The notes below the pieces were generated by a model. That model ran no database searches. It worked only from the letters and a program-made list of their open reading frames with translations, and was not told the origin of the DNA. From Camelus ferus (lineage: Eukaryota), in contig NC_045696.1 in assembly GCF_009834535.1 (NCBI RefSeq), positions 62,560,001-62,624,000 of the forward strand: DNA of 64,000 nt, in the 5' to 3' direction. Positions 1 to 13,838 of this stretch are shown here, piece after piece (within the stretch, counting starts at the first letter, position 1; every line of letters starts with the position of its first letter). The position numbers were made by a program, and so were the translations under genes.

Positions 1-848
1 GATTCTTTAAAGTCTTTTATAGCTTTTTACTTTCAGTATATGAAAAGAAATGCTGTGAATTCTCTCTTAGTGGGGTATAGATAAGTGAGCTAGGGTGTGA
101 GACTGAATGAAGCAGCTCTGTACAACAGTTCACCAGAGGAAAAAAAGAGTTAACTGTTAGGTAGCTGGATAGCTTGAAATTGGCAAGTTAGAGACAGAAT
201 TTTTATTCGCTTGCCTCTGCATAAACAACATACTTTTCACTTTAATGGAGGTGTTCAAAATAGGTAGGCTAGATTATTGCCTATTTCCTAAATTCTCATC
301 CTCTCCAAATGTATATAAAATTTAGCTTAGGTAATGCTATATTTTAGGGAATGTAAATAGTAATATTTTAATAGTTTTAAAACAACAATAATACTACACA
401 AAAAAATTCTTTCTCTGGAATATATTAATTTTTTTTTACTAGAGAATAATTGACATAAACTACATATTAAAGTGTTCAGTTTGATAAATGTTGACATAAT
501 GTATACCTCCATAAACCTGTTGCCTCAGTTAATTTAATGAATATAACAGTTATGCCTCAGAAGTTTTCTTGTGCCACTTTATAATTTCTCCTTCCCTGAT
601 TTGCTGCCTCCTCATTCCTAATCAGTCACTGGTCTGCTGTCTTTGTTGATTAGATTGCATTTTCTAGATTTACATATAAATGGAATTTTTTTTTGGTCTA
701 ATTTCTTTTAGTGTAATTATTTTGAGACTCAGTCATGGTCTTGTAGCAATGGTTTATTTCTTTTTTTTTATTGCTTAATAGTATTGCAATAGATGCAATA
801 GTTGTATAGATACATCACAATTTGTTTATCCGTTCACCTGTTCATGGA

Positions 849-1579
849 TGTATTAGTTATCTGTTACTGTATAACAGATTACCCCCAAACATAGTGGCTT
901 AAAACAACATTCCTACTGAATAGCACAGGGAACTGTATTCAGTGGCTTATAATAACCTGTAATGAAAAAAAATATGAAAAAGTGTGTATGTAGAATACAT
1001 ATTACGTATATATAAGACTGAATCACTCTGCTATACACTAGAAATTAATACAACATTGTAAATCAACTGTACTTCAGTAAGAAAAAATAAAAAAAGAAAA
1101 CAACAAACATTTATTATATCACAGTTTCTGAGCCTGGAATTTTTAGTGACTTAGATGGGTAGCTTTGGCTCAGTCTTTAATGAGATCACTGTTAAAATGT
1201 TGGCTGAAGCGACAGTCATTTGAAAGCTTCCCTGGGACTGGAAGATCCAGTTCCAAGATAGGGCCATGTATGTGGCTGTTGGCTCCAGGCCTCAGTTCCT
1301 CACCAGGGAGCCTCTTTGCACAGTTTCTTGAGTGTTTTTACTGCATGGAATCTGGTTACTCCCAAAACAAGTGATCCAAGTGTAAAGGCAAAGAGAAAGA
1401 TGCAAGTTTTTAAGTTTTCCTGGCAGTCTGAGAAGTTACCTTTTGTCACTCCTCCATATTACTGTTTGTTAAAAGTTAGTCACTATGACTAGCCTACTCT
1501 CAAGAGGAAAAGAATTAAGGCTCCTCTTTTGAAGGGAAGAATGTCAAAGAATTTGTGGACATATTTTAAAGCCAATACA
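849..1579. mobile_element. MLT1-type (MaLR) solo LTR
   Basis: TG...CA ends, tgtattagttatct..agtggcttaaaacaac motif, 5-bp TSD ATGGA/ATGAA. Confidence 0.8.
910..1096 (+). mobile_element. 5'-truncated artiodactyl-type L1 3' end inserted in MLT1
   Basis: atagcacagggaac...ctgaatcactctgctatacac...acaacattgtaaatcaact + A-tail; TSD AAAACAACA at 901 and 1097. Confidence 0.8.
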
Positions 1580-2621
1580 ATGAACATTTGAGTTGTTTCC
1601 TGGTTTTGGCTGTTACAAATAAAGCTGCTTATAAAAATATATGTAGAAGTCTATATAGACATATGTTTTTATTTTTTGTGTGTGTAAGTAAGTAGTTTGT
1701 GAGGTAGGATTATGTTTAACTTTTTACAAAGCTGCTTGTATAGTGAGATCTATAAGAAATTGCTAAGAAAAATTATGGAAAGAAGAATTTATTTTATTAT
1801 TTATTAATGTTTATAATAGTGTTAATATCCTTTTATATATTAAATTTCTAAAAATTTTTAATTTCTTTAAAGAAATTAAAGAAAGCCTCCAAAACTTCGG
1901 CAATTGTTTTCCAGATCTGATTGTATCCTCTTATACCAGCAGTGTATGAGAGTTCCAGTTGTTCACCACAATTGTCAACAGTTGTCACGATCACTTTTTA
2001 AAATTTTATTATGGTTTTAATTTGCATTTCCTTAATAACTAATGAAGCTGAGAATCTTTTCTTGTGTTTATTTGCTGTTCATGTGTTTTCTTTGGTGAAA
2101 TGTTAGACCATTAGCCCATATTTTAAAAATTGGATGTTTATCCTCTTATTATTTAGTTATAAGAGTTCTTTCTATATTACAGATATGTCTTTTGTCAGAT
2201 AAATGTTTCACAAATATGTATTTTCTTCTAGGGTTTGTCTTATCTTTTTTATTTTTGTAGCTTATTATTTTATCGGCAAAAAATTGTTCCCCAAACCACC
2301 TGATTATCTGTTTTAACATCCGTAGAATCTGTGGTGAAGTTATCTCTCTCCTTCTTCTGTGAAATTTGTGTCTTCTTTTTTTCTAATCACTTTAGCTGTG
2401 GGTTTATCAGTTTTAGACCTGAAAGAACTAGTTTTTGGTTTCACTAGTTTTTGGCTATTGATTTTCTGTTTTCTGTTTAGCTGACCTCCAATTTGATCTT
2501 ATGTCCATTCTTCTGCTTAATTTGAGTTTAATACTTTGGGATTAACATACTACCAACAAAAAACATTATTTTTTTCTCTTTGGAAGTAAATTGACAGATT
2601 TTTTAACCTGTACTCAATCCA

Positions 2622-2624
<3 letters not shown>

Positions 2625-2662
<38 letters not shown>

Positions 2663-2723
2663 TGTGTGTCTGTGTGTCTGTGTGTGTGTGTGTGTGTGTC
2701 TGTGTGTCTGTGTGTGTCTGTGT
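2625..2723. repeat. (TG)n/(TGTGTGTC)n microsatellite
   Basis: Directly visible. Confidence 0.98.
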
Positions 2724-3464
2724 TTGGTATTTAGGCAAGAACGTAAGACTTTGCTAATAGCAAGGTTTCATAGAGATTGAATTTTTGGTGCTGTTTTTAG
2801 TTAGTTGAAGGACACAGGATTTTCTTTTTGTTTTTAATATTGATTTTCCTGCCTATTCATCTGACATGTGTTTCAAACTCTGAATGAAATATGTATGTAA
2901 ATTATGAAAATTACTTGGGATTTCCATCCAAGCTCTGTGAAATTTTACCACATATATTGTTAAATATGTGGCATCATTTAAGTGGGGTAAGGTGTTGTGA
3001 GGAATAAAATTTTATTATTTTTTTAAATTAAAGTATAGTTGATCTGCAATGTGTTAGTTTCTGCTGTACAGCATAGTGATTCAGTTTTATACATATATAT
3101 ATATTCTTTTTCTTTATGTTATTAGAAGTTATTAAATATAGTTCTCTGTGCTATATAGTAGGACCTTGTCATTTATCTCTTTTTTTATGTAGTAGTTTGT
3201 ACCTGCTAATCCCAAACTCCTAATTTATCTCTTCTCCCCCTTTCCTCTTTCATAACCATGAGTTTGTTTTCTATGTCTGTGAATCTTTCTGTTTTAGAAA
3301 TAAGTTCACTTGTGTCATTTTTTAGATGCCACATATGTGATATCATATGATATTTGTCTTTCTCTGTCAGACTTTACTTAGTATGATAATCTCTTGGTCC
3401 ATCCATGTTGCTGTAAATGGCATTATTTCATCCTTTTTTACAGGTTAGTAGTATTCCACCCCCA

Positions 3465-3557
<93 letters not shown>
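3465..3557. repeat. (TG)n microsatellite inside the L1
   Basis: Directly visible. Confidence 0.98.
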
Positions 3558-3559
<2 letters not shown>

Positions 3560-4916
3560 ACCACAATTTCTTTATCTAGTCATCTGTCAATGGACATTTA
3601 GGTTGCTTCCTTGTCTTGGCTGTTGTAAATAGTGCTGCTGTGACCACTGGGGTGCATGTATATTTTCAAACTAGAGTTTTCTCTGGATATATGCCTAGGA
3701 GTGGGATTGCTGGACTATATGGTAATCCTATTTTTACTTTTTTAAGGAATCTCCATACTGTTTTTCATAATGGCTGCACCGTATTACATTACCACCAACA
3801 ATGTAGGAGGGTTCCCGTTTCTCCACATTCTCTCCAGCATTTTATCGTTTGTGGACTTTTTAATGATGGCCATTCTGACTGGTTTGAGGTGACCCCTCAT
3901 TGTAGTTTAGATTTGCATTTCTCTAATAATTAGTGATATTGAACATCTGTTCATGTTCCTGTTCACCATCTTTATGTCTTCATTGGAGATATGTCTATTT
4001 AGGTCTTCTGCCCATTTTTTGATTGGGTTGTTTTTTGTTATTGAGTTGTATGAGTTCTTTGTATATTCTGGACGTTAAACCCTTGTCAGTTGCATTGTTT
4101 GCAAATATTTTCTCCTAGTCTGTAGGTTGTATTTTTGTTTCATTTATGGTTTCCTTTACTGTGCAAAAGCTTATAAGTTTACTTAGGTCCCATTTGTTTA
4201 TTTTTGCTTTTATTTCTATTGCCTTAGTAGACTAACCTAGGAAAACATTGCTACAATTTATGTAACAGAATGTTTTGCCTATGCTTTCTTCTAGGAGATT
4301 TATGGTGTACTGTCTTATATTTAAGTCTTAAGCCACTTTGAGTTTATTTTTGTGTGTGGTGTCAAGGAATGTTCTAACTTCATTGATTTACATGCAGCTG
4401 TATGGCTTTCCCAACACCACTTGTTAAAGGGACTGTCTTTTCTCCATTTTATATTCTTACCTCCTTTATTGAAGATTAATTGACTGTAGGTGTGTGTGTT
4501 TATTTCTGGACTCTCTGCTCTGTTCCATTGGTCCACATGTCTGTTTTTGTGTCAGTACCATGCTGTTTTAATTACTGTAGCTTTGTAGTATTGTCTGAAG
4601 TCTAGGAGGGTTAGACCTCTCACTTCATTCTTTTTATTCAGTATTGCTTTGGCAATTCTGGGTCTTTAGTGATTCCACATAAGTTTTAGGATAATATATT
4701 CTATTTCTATGAAAAATGTCCTTGGTAATTTGGTAGGGATCACATTAAACCTGTATACTACTTTGGGTAGTATGGCCATTTTAACCATATTAATTCTTGA
4801 AGTCTAAGAGCATGGGATATCTTTCCATTTCTTAAATTCATCTACTTTTCCTTTATCAATGTTTTATAGTTCTCAGTGTGTAAATCTTTCACCTCCTTGT
4901 TCAGGTTTATTCCTAA

Positions 4917-4946
4917 GTATTGTATTGTATTGTATTGTATTGTATT
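4917..4946. repeat. (GTATT)n pentanucleotide repeat inside the L1
   Basis: Directly visible. Confidence 0.9.
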
Positions 4947-6871
4947 TGGTACAGTTTTAAAAGGGATTGCTTTTTTACTTTCCCTTTCTGATATTTCATT
5001 GTTAGTATAAAGAAATGCAACAAATTCCTGTATGTTAATCTTGTAACCTGAGATGTTGCTAAATTCGTTTATTAGCTCTAGTAGTTTTTGTGTGGAGTCT
5101 TATAGAGTTTTCTCTATGTAGTATCCTGTCATCTGCATATAGTGACAGTTTTACCTCTTCCCTTCCAATTTGAATCTCTTTTATTTCTTTTTCTTGCCTG
5201 ATTGCTATGGATTGGACTTTCAATACCATGTTGAATAGAAGTGGTGAGAATGGGCATCCTTGTCTTGTTTCAGATTTTAGCAGGAAGGCTTTTAACTTTT
5301 TCACTGTTGAGTATTATGCTGGCTGTGGGTTTGTCATAAATAGGTTTTATTATGTTGAGATATGTTTCCTCTATAGTTATTTTGGTAAGAGTTTTTTTTT
5401 TTTATCATAAGTGAATATTGAATTTTATCAAAACTTTTTCTGCATTGAGATGATCATGTGATTTTTGTCCTTTTGTTTGTTGACATGGTGTATCATATTG
5501 ATTGATTTGTGTATGTTGAACCATCCTTTTGTGTCCCTAGGATGAATCCAACTTGAATGTAGTGTATGATCTTTTATGATCTTGAATGTAGGTGTTGGAT
5601 TCAGTTTGCTAATATTTTGTTGAGAACTTTTGCATCTGTATTCATCAAAGATACTGGCCCTTAATTTTCTTTTTTGGTAGTGTCTTTTTCTGGTTTTGGT
5701 ATCAGGGTAATGGTGGCTTCGTAGAATGAGTTTGGGAGCGTTCCCTCCCTTCAGTCTTTTGAAAGAGTTTGAGATGCATTGGTATAAGTTCTTGTTTGTA
5801 TATTTGGTAGAATTCCCCAGGGAAGACATCTGGTCCTGGACTTTTGTTTGCAGGGAGGTTTTTTTGTTTTTTGTTTTTTTTAAATTACAGATTCTATTTG
5901 ATTCCTAGTAATCAATGTGTTCAAATGATCTATTTCTTCTTGATTCATTTTTTGTGGACTGTATATTTCTAGAAACTTGTGGATTTCTTTTACGTTGCCA
6001 AATTTGTTGGCATATAATTGTTCTGAGTATTTTCTTACGGCTTTTTGTATTTCTGTGGTATTGGTTGTAATTTCTTCTCTTTCATTTCTTACTTTGTTTA
6101 TTTGGATACTTGCTGTTTTCTTCTTGGTGATCCTAGCCAGAAGTTTGTCAATTTTGTTTACTCTTTCAAAAAACCAGCTCTTGGTTTTATTGATTTTTTT
6201 TCCATTGTTTTTTAATCTTTATTTTGTTTATTTCCTCCCTGATATTTATTATTTCTTTCCTTCTACTGACTTTAGGTTTTATTTGTTCTTCTTTATGTGC
6301 TTCTTTTGGGTGATAGGTGAGGTTGTTTATTTGAAATTGTTCTTATTTTTTGAGGTAGGCCTGTATCACTATGAACTTCCCTCTTAGGATTGCTTTTGCT
6401 GCATCCCATAGATTTTGTGTGGTTGTGTTTTCTAAAATTTTATTCTTGACTCTGATCTTAGCAATCATTTAACCTGAAGGGCTGTGTAGTATTTACTTGA
6501 ATTCAGTATGTAAAACATTTAAATCCCCTGCTCTTCCTAAATGAGAAACCTCTAGCTAAGGTATAAGGGAGTTTTGGAGTTGTTTTCACTTGCTGTGTTT
6601 TGATATATTAAAGTAAGATTTTTGTGGTGGGTAGAGTAGAATTTGAATTATTCTTTTAGGTTGTCTTTCAAAGATTGAATTAAAATCAAGGAAATAAATT
6701 GCTCTACTGATTGAACATTTTATTTAAATATTAATGCAGATTTGGTTTCCTCTGTAAAGAGAAATAATTTTATTTTTTAAACAGATGAAATTGGCTTGAA
6801 AATCATTTTTCTTAATGCTTATTTCTTATGTCATCTTCTTTAAGAAATATAGATTTTATTAGAATTGTAAT

Positions 6872-7295
6872 TTTTTTATTGAAGTATAGTCAGTTTACAA
6901 TGTTGTGTCAATTTCTGGTATACAGCATAATATTTCAGTCATATATATACATACATATTATACTCATTTTCATATTCTTTTTTCAATATAGGTTACAAGA
7001 TATTGACTATAGTTCCCTGTACTATACAGAAGAAACTTGTTATTTTATATATAGTAGTTAGTGTCTGCAAATCTCGAACTCCCAGTCTATCCCTTCCCAT
7101 CTCCTTTACCTGCTGGTAACCATAAATTTGTTTTCTATGTCCATGAGTCTGTTTCTGTTTTGTAAGTAAGTTCATTGGTGCCTTTTTTTTTTATTCCACA
7201 TATGAGTGATATCATATGGTATTTTTCTTTCTCTTTCTGGCTTACTTCACTTAGAATGACGATCTCCAGGTCCATCTATGTTGCTGCAAATGTCA
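6872..7295 (-). mobile_element. 5'-truncated L1 3' end
   Basis: ttttattgaagtatagtcagtttacaatgttg...tggcttacttcacttagaatgac; TSD TAGAATTG(T/G)AAT at 6860 and 7296. Confidence 0.88.
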
Positions 7296-7398
7296 TAGAA
7301 TTGGAATATTGATGGACGGATGTAATGGTTACAGAACTAATGAAAATAATTTTCTTAGTTTACTTTATAATTGTTTAATGTTCCTTCTTTTCTTTTAG

Positions 7399-7457
7399 AT
7401 CCTATTTGACCAAACTCAGAGATCAATTAAGGCACAGCTTCAGAACTTTGTTAAAGA
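7399..7457 (+). CDS. ACAP2: ACAP2 exon 5 (59 nt), BAR domain: ILFDQTQRSIKAQLQNFVK(E)
   Basis: tcttttag|ATC...AAAGA|gtaagt. Confidence 0.96.
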
Positions 7458-8549
7458 GTAAGTCAATTGCAGTGAAGAGAGTCGTAAGAAAAGCAACCAG
7501 CTAATGATCACATGAGGGAGTTGGTATCTTTTGAGAGAAGTTATAGACCATGACTTACTGAAAATATTAGAGTTTTTGTTTGTTTGGTTTTTTTCTTTGT
7601 GAAATGTATATTGCATTTCTTCCTGAATTACTCTGAAAGGAGTCAGACTTCATGCCTTTCAGTGAATCATTTATATTGTGAAATTTGTGTTCAGGATACA
7701 TAAATTGAATTGTTATAGATTTTTAAAAAATTTAATGTAAATAAATAATCTAATAAACTTTCAGAATCAAAGCAAATCCCAAAAGTGGTTGAAATACTAT
7801 CCTTTGTAGTTATCTCAATATGGTATTTTCTTTGAAGATAAGATAATAGAATATATGCGAATGAATAATGGAGGTGCATAATAAATAATAAAAGCAAACT
7901 TTTTGTGACATAGTCACCATGTTTTATGTGAAATGAAATGAAACTAGAAATAAAAAATACCTGAACTTTCCAGGTAGGAAAGTTTTCCTTTTCCATGTTA
8001 GTAATTCAGTTTTTCTCTTTTAATTTCTGACTGAGGATGTATAAAATAACAGTCAAGTTGATTATGATATAGCTTTCAAATGTTACAAGCTATAAATAGA
8101 GGCAGACTTCATGAACATAATGCACTGCTGTTTTAGTAGGTTAAAATTTGTTGTTCTGAAGGTGATGTTTTATAGATTGTTTATAATTACTTCATAATAG
8201 ACTAACATTCAGAATGTCTTTATAAGTGTATACATGAAAATTTATGCCTTCTTACAAAGAGTTTAAAGTCTTTGTTAGGTATACTTTATTATTATTATTT
8301 TAAAATCATTTGTCTTCAAGGCATTTTGCCTAGTTCCTTGGTAGAAAAAGTAAATGCAAAGGGTTGCTGTATATTTACCTAAGATCATTAATGAATCAAG
8401 ATTTCAGATTTTCAGACTGTTGAAATGGATATTGTTACCCTTTATTGATACATAATGCTTTCGAAAGCATTATGTATGTGCATTTTAAGAATATATTCAT
8501 GCCCTTTGGCCCATAACTCTCTTAAACAAGAAATGAATGTTGTTTCATA

Positions 8550-8730
8550 AACTATGGTCTCTAGACCACCCATAATCCTAAATTCATGGGGGTATTTTTT
8601 AAAAAAACCCCTCAGATTTCTAGGATTTATGCCAAAGACATAAAGAATTGAATTATCACAAAGACACCCTTGGAGTTTGCATTTTTAACAAGTTCCCTAT
8701 GGTGTATACTACTGTTTAAAAGTCATTTGG
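8550..8730. mobile_element. MER5-like hAT-Charlie fragment
   Basis: tttgcatttttaacaagttccc motif; degenerate. Confidence 0.5.
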
Positions 8731-9061
8731 TTAAATATTGGTACATGTCTCTGAATTTGTCTTTAGTAAAAAAAAAAAAAATTAACTTTGCCTTTTATAT
8801 TTCTGTAATGTTAATTTCAGAATGATAATTTATTTCTACCTGTAATTATATAGACTTAAGTAAGGAAGTGTTAGCTGACTATATCAGGAATAGTATGGAC
8901 TCAAAAAATAATGTATATTTTAGTTGGAAGAGCTGTTGAGTGTTACTGCACAGTGAATCAAATAAACAGAGGAACATAAGAATTAAATTCTAAATGTAAT
9001 TTTGCTAAGGTTTTTGTTTAGAAGAAGTTTTATAAGAGTTTCACTATTTTAATTTTTTTAG

Positions 9062-9245
9062 AGATCTTAGAAAATTCAAAGATGCCAAGAAGCAGTTTGA
9101 AAAAGTCAGTGAAGAAAAAGAAAATGCATTAGTAAAAAATGCTCAAGTACAAAGAAATAAACAGCATGAAGTTGAAGAAGCCACAAATATTCTGACAGCA
9201 ACAAGAAAATGTTTTCGACACATAGCCCTTGATTACGTACTTCAG
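9062..9245 (+). CDS. ACAP2: ACAP2 exon 6 (184 nt), BAR domain: DLRKFKDAKKQFEK...RHIALDYVLQ
   Basis: ttttttag|AGATCTT...CTTCAG|gtacat; open frame, phase 2 to 0. Confidence 0.97.
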
Positions 9246-10039
9246 GTACATTTATTATATGTTTTCAAAAAAATGCTTACTGAACATGTCATTACTTTTG
9301 AGTAAATGTCCTGAAAAGAATAAGTAATACTATTTCTTTGAGTTTAAAACCATGATCATTAAGCCATGGCCTTTTGGGAAAATTTTCCATGTGTCTGAGT
9401 GTCTACCTGTGTATGTACATATATGTGTATGGATATGTATACCTTTGGTTTTGATTTCTTTCCTGTTCACTTAACATTATACTTCCCCCTTTTCTCAATG
9501 TTGTGAAAAGCATGATTAGTTGCTGAATTTCATTCTATGGAGATGCTGTGTCCATTTAATTAACATCCAGTTATCTGACATAGTATTGCCAGTTTTTACT
9601 GACAATAATGAAAATACAATTTTTACTAATTGTAAGCGATATAACATCTTTGTATTCCAATCTTTTGCCACATTTCTGATTACCTCTTTAGAGTAGGTTC
9701 TTAGAGGTATGAAAGCTCACATTGTGCCAAACAAAAACTATTTCTAGAAATAATGTTTTCATATTTACATTAGTTGCTGTTCTTTAAAAGTAGAGATTGA
9801 TAGTTGGTAAATTGTGATGATTTGGGACAGTGGAGTTCTCATAGATGGTTGACTTAACAGTGATCACAGAATATTCCTTAAAAATATATACTTAAGTAAC
9901 CATATGCAATATAGTGATTACAAACTACTTAGATAACTTGTGCAAAATGGTAGAAAACGACTTTAAGATTTGTTTCTACTAAGTTCATATTCAGTAAGTG
10001 AGAAGTTAAATTTTAAAAAATTAAGTACACTCCATTTAT

Positions 10040-11010
10040 TATTGAAAGGCTGCTAAAATGGAGTAGTCTGTATTTCCTGTCTTCCTCTTACCTACTTCAC
10101 ATTCACACCTCTCCCTGCAGTAGTACTGAATCTGGCTACCCACTACTGAAATGGCTGTGTTAAGGTCTTATTCATCAGATACATTTCAGTTTTTAACCAA
10201 CATGACTATTGCATTTCACTGAAATGGTAGACTATACTCTTTTTCTTGAAACATACTTTTGTCTTGATGTATCTTAAACCACTTTTAGATTTCCCTCTTA
10301 CTTTTCAATTTCCACCTTGGGTTTCTATCCTTTGTCCACCTTTACAGTCTCCCTTTTAGGGTTCCATCTGTGGTCTTATTGTTGTCCCTTACAGTTTCAT
10401 CATGTCCTTTGCTTGAATACCGCTATAAATAGATGACAAAATGGCCTTTTCTCAGAAGTATCTCATTCTTTTGTGTCCAAAACTGAAGTCTCTCTTCTTC
10501 CCAAATGACTTCTTATTGCCCTTACCTAGCTGAGTGGTATCAGCTTCTTAATCATAGAAATTCAAAATTGGAGAATCACATCAGATATACTCTTCATTTT
10601 CAGCTCCTGTATCTAACAATGAAAACTGCCTTGAGAAGTTCTATGTAACTCTTAAATCTGTTCTTTCTCACTCTGCTGCATGTCCAACAGCAATTCTTAC
10701 TGTTTCTTATCTAGAGTATCAAGATGTTCTTACACAAATTGGTCTTTCTTGCATTGCTTTTACCTTCCCATTAGCAATTCATTCTCTGTTCTGTGGTCAG
10801 AGTTACTCATATTCTCCAAGTAAAATGAATCATTCGTGCGTCTGCTTCCTCTGTGCTGCCATTATACTGTCATGCACGTTACAGTTAGAGCACTTATCCC
10901 ATTTATCGTGATTATTTATTTATGTGTCTTTCCTACTCCTAGATTGTATCCCTTCCCTCTGGTCCAGTGGTTAGAAAGTAGATAGTTAATGTTTATTTGG
11001 AGGAGTGAAT
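10040..11010 (+). mobile_element. LINE-2 fragment (bounds approximate)
   Basis: cactactgaaatggctg..aaggtc, tgtgtctttcctactcctagattgt, terminal ..gagtgaat. Confidence 0.6.
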
Positions 11011-11809
11011 GGCTTAATTTAAAATTTTATTTGGGGTGGGGAAATTCAGCTAAAATATTCATTATCTTCAAACTTACATATTATAAATTATCCATTTCCT
11101 TTGGTGTCCATCCAGTAGTTTTAAATTAGGACCCCGCCTCTTTTGTAACTATTAGCCAATTTGGTTTTTCTGACAAGAACCTTTGTGTTATTTTATTATA
11201 TGACCAACGTGTCTATTTTAGAGGGCAGTAGGTTATAAATATTCAGATTTATAAAGTTATGTCATGCTTTAGCTTTTCTAAATATTTGAATATACTTTTG
11301 CTTTTCTCATATATGCTGTTTTTAAATTGCCAAAACAGAAAAAAAAAGATACGAAACAGAGGCACTTGAAATATTTTTCTAAGCTTTTACTTTGAGCATT
11401 TGAAAGTTAGTATTTTAGTTTTCAAATCTGAATAGGCCTTGAAACGGACATGCAGAAGAAACTAGTGCTTAAATAAGCAAAGTTACTTGGATTTTCCTGA
11501 GTCTGTTCTGTTTTCTGATCAGTGCTTTAAAATTATCTTATAAAACAATAGGCAGAATATTCAGTGGAAAGTACATATAAAAAGGCAGATATTCTATAAT
11601 TTTTTGACGAGTTTAGCAAAGAGTGATTGTTTTCTTGTGTAAACACTTTATTTCATTAAGCTGATATATAATAACAGACAAAAATAAAATGTTTGTTAGG
11701 AATTTCTAGAGATGGGGTAGATATCACCAGAGACAGTTTTCATAATTTACTGATCTTGCAATAGTTTAGTCTTATTAAAATATTTATTTAAGGTCCATTA
11801 ATTTATTTA

Positions 11810-12460
11810 ATTTATTTATATTTATTGAGTGTTTAATGTATACAACTTGGAGAATACTTTTGTGAATAAGGCAAGACCTTGATCTTATGGAGCTTACATT
11901 TTAGCTGGGGGAAATAAATAAATAAATAAGAAAATATAAGGTAGTTATGTAAATACTATGAAGGAAATAGAATTGATGTACTAAAGAGTGCTAAAGAGCC
12001 TACTTTTGACCTTTGTAGGAGATAGTGTTTAAGGTGGGACCTGATAAGAGCCTTGTGTCCATCTGGGCAGAAAAATCACGACATGGAGACAGAACAAATA
12101 GATGAAGGCCTTGAGGTGGGAATGGTCTTGGGCTATGGTTGGAGCACAGAAAGGGGGAAAGTAGAGAACTATCTTGGAGAGGTAGGCCTTGAGGGCTATG
12201 GTAGGGAGTTGAAAGGTAGTAAGATAGATGTAACATGGTCTTAGTTATTATTTAAAAAGATCACTCTGGTTGCTCTGTGGAGAATGAATGGTAAGGAGTC
12301 AGGAGTGGAAATGGACTAGTTTAGAGACTAGTTTAGAGACAGCTGTGGCTGTCAGGAAAAGATACTATGGTGGTTCGTGGCAGTGGTGAAAGCGATGAGA
12401 GTTTGTAGTAACGACTGATGTTGAAGGATTTTAATGAGAGCAATTAGATGAGGGTGGAGA
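11810..12460 (-). mobile_element. LINE-2 3' fragment (bounds approximate)
   Basis: tttattgagtg, atggagcttacattttagctgggg, tttaaaaagatcactctggttgct. Confidence 0.7.
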
Positions 12461-12757
12461 AAAGATGGAATTCTAAGAAACTCAAATGTTTATCAAATGA
12501 TAACTGTATCACTATAATATTATAATTTAAATATGGGCATTTTTTCTTTGAGTTGAAAATGGATGAGTTTCATTGGTATGTTTGTCTTAACTGTTTTTGC
12601 AAAAAGCGAGTCTAAAGGTGAAAAATTTGAACTGTGTTTTTATTTACTTTTCTGGGGAAGTATTAAACCATTAGAATAAGCAAATTTTACAACACTGCAT
12701 TCTAGATTAGTTTTTAAAATAATGCATGGGTGATTAACCAAATGTATTTTCCCTCAG

Positions 12758-12802
12758 ATTAACGTCCTTCAATCAAAAAGGAGATCAGAAATCCTGAAAT
12801 CA
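12758..12802 (+). CDS. ACAP2: ACAP2 exon 7 (45 nt): INVLQSKRRSEILKS
   Basis: ccctcag|ATT...TCA|gtaagc. Confidence 0.96.
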
Positions 12803-13838
12803 GTAAGCTATATATTGAAATGATGTTCCAAATATTTTAATATGAAACTAAATATATGTGTTTTGAGTGTTTGAAGCATCATTGTATGTGTATGCGTATA
12901 TGTGTAATTATTTATTGACTTACTTATTTATTCCAGGTTCATAATTAATCTTACTAATCTTTTTGTACTGCTTATATGTTACTTAGCCGTTTTTTGTCTC
13001 CTTCATGTAGTTATTTAGGTATGTCTCATCCATTAATACACTGTGAACTACTTGAGTGGACATTTAAATATTCAAGACTGAGAGTATCATTTACAGAATT
13101 CTTTCCCTTCGGGTGGTTGATGATGATGTATGAGCCCTTTTGGAGATGAAATTTGAGGATCACTGTTTTTTCCCTGAGCCTTTACACAACCATAGCAACA
13201 ATGATTTTTTTATTTGCCCATTTTTTTGTCCTAAAGTTAACAAGGTGGGCAGAGGATGGTAGTGGTATAGGCATTACATTCTTTCATATTTTGAGAACCT
13301 TAGAAACTATTTCTTCCCTCTGACTAAGATCATTGAAGTTTGTTTGTTTCTCAGAGGACCTTAATGATACTGCTTTTTGATCCTTGTCCCCACCTAGCTT
13401 TGTCCTAAATTCTATGTTAATTTTGTTATTTCTTATCAGATAAATACATTGTACCTCCTGTTTACCTACATCTACTTTTCCAGATTGAGAGTAATGTATG
13501 TTAGTTGTAGAAAATTGGAAAATAAAACGTATGAAGACAGAATAAAAATACTTATAAATTCTACTACCAAGAGAGAACTACGGTTAATACCTTGGCGTAA
13601 TCTTTGTCTTTTTTTTCTGTGTGTGTATGTGTGCCTGTTTGTGTGTATACGTGAACATGTATGTACATCTTTTAAAATTATATTTAATATTTTAAAAACA
13701 AACAAAATAAGAATCATTCCCATATACTGTCTTATAACTTTTTTTCACTAATACACTCTAATATCATCATATGTCATTAAATATTTTTTATTTACCAATG
13801 GCTTTTGTGGCCAGGTAGAATTCTACCATGTGAATATA

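Larger units (their letters stand above)
430..2270 (-). mobile_element. Ancient L1 (L1M/L1ME-like) 3' region, interrupted by MLT1 (bounds approximate)
   Basis: Motifs tttgtttatccgttcacctg, catttgagttgtttcc..ttttggctgttacaaataaagctgct, ccagcagtgtatgagagttccagtt. Confidence 0.7.
3017..6432 (-). mobile_element. 5'-truncated LINE-1, ~3.4 kb (degenerate ORF2 with RT domain, plus 3'UTR)
   Basis: Minus-strand ORF fragments [38 protein letters not shown] and KDKNHMIIS; perfect 12-bp TSD TAAAATTTTATT at 3005-3016 and 6433-6444; many frameshifts. Confidence 0.95.

Noticed and set aside
2550..3632. ORFs with HT/CV repeats (2550..2738, 3394..3579, 3417..3632; likewise 22176..22370)
   Set aside because: They are translations of (TG)n/(GA)n microsatellites, not genes.
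4321..5829. Minus-strand ORFs with reverse-transcriptase motifs (YADD)
   Set aside because: These are fragments of a 5'-truncated, frameshifted L1 ORF2, not an active element or a novel RT system.
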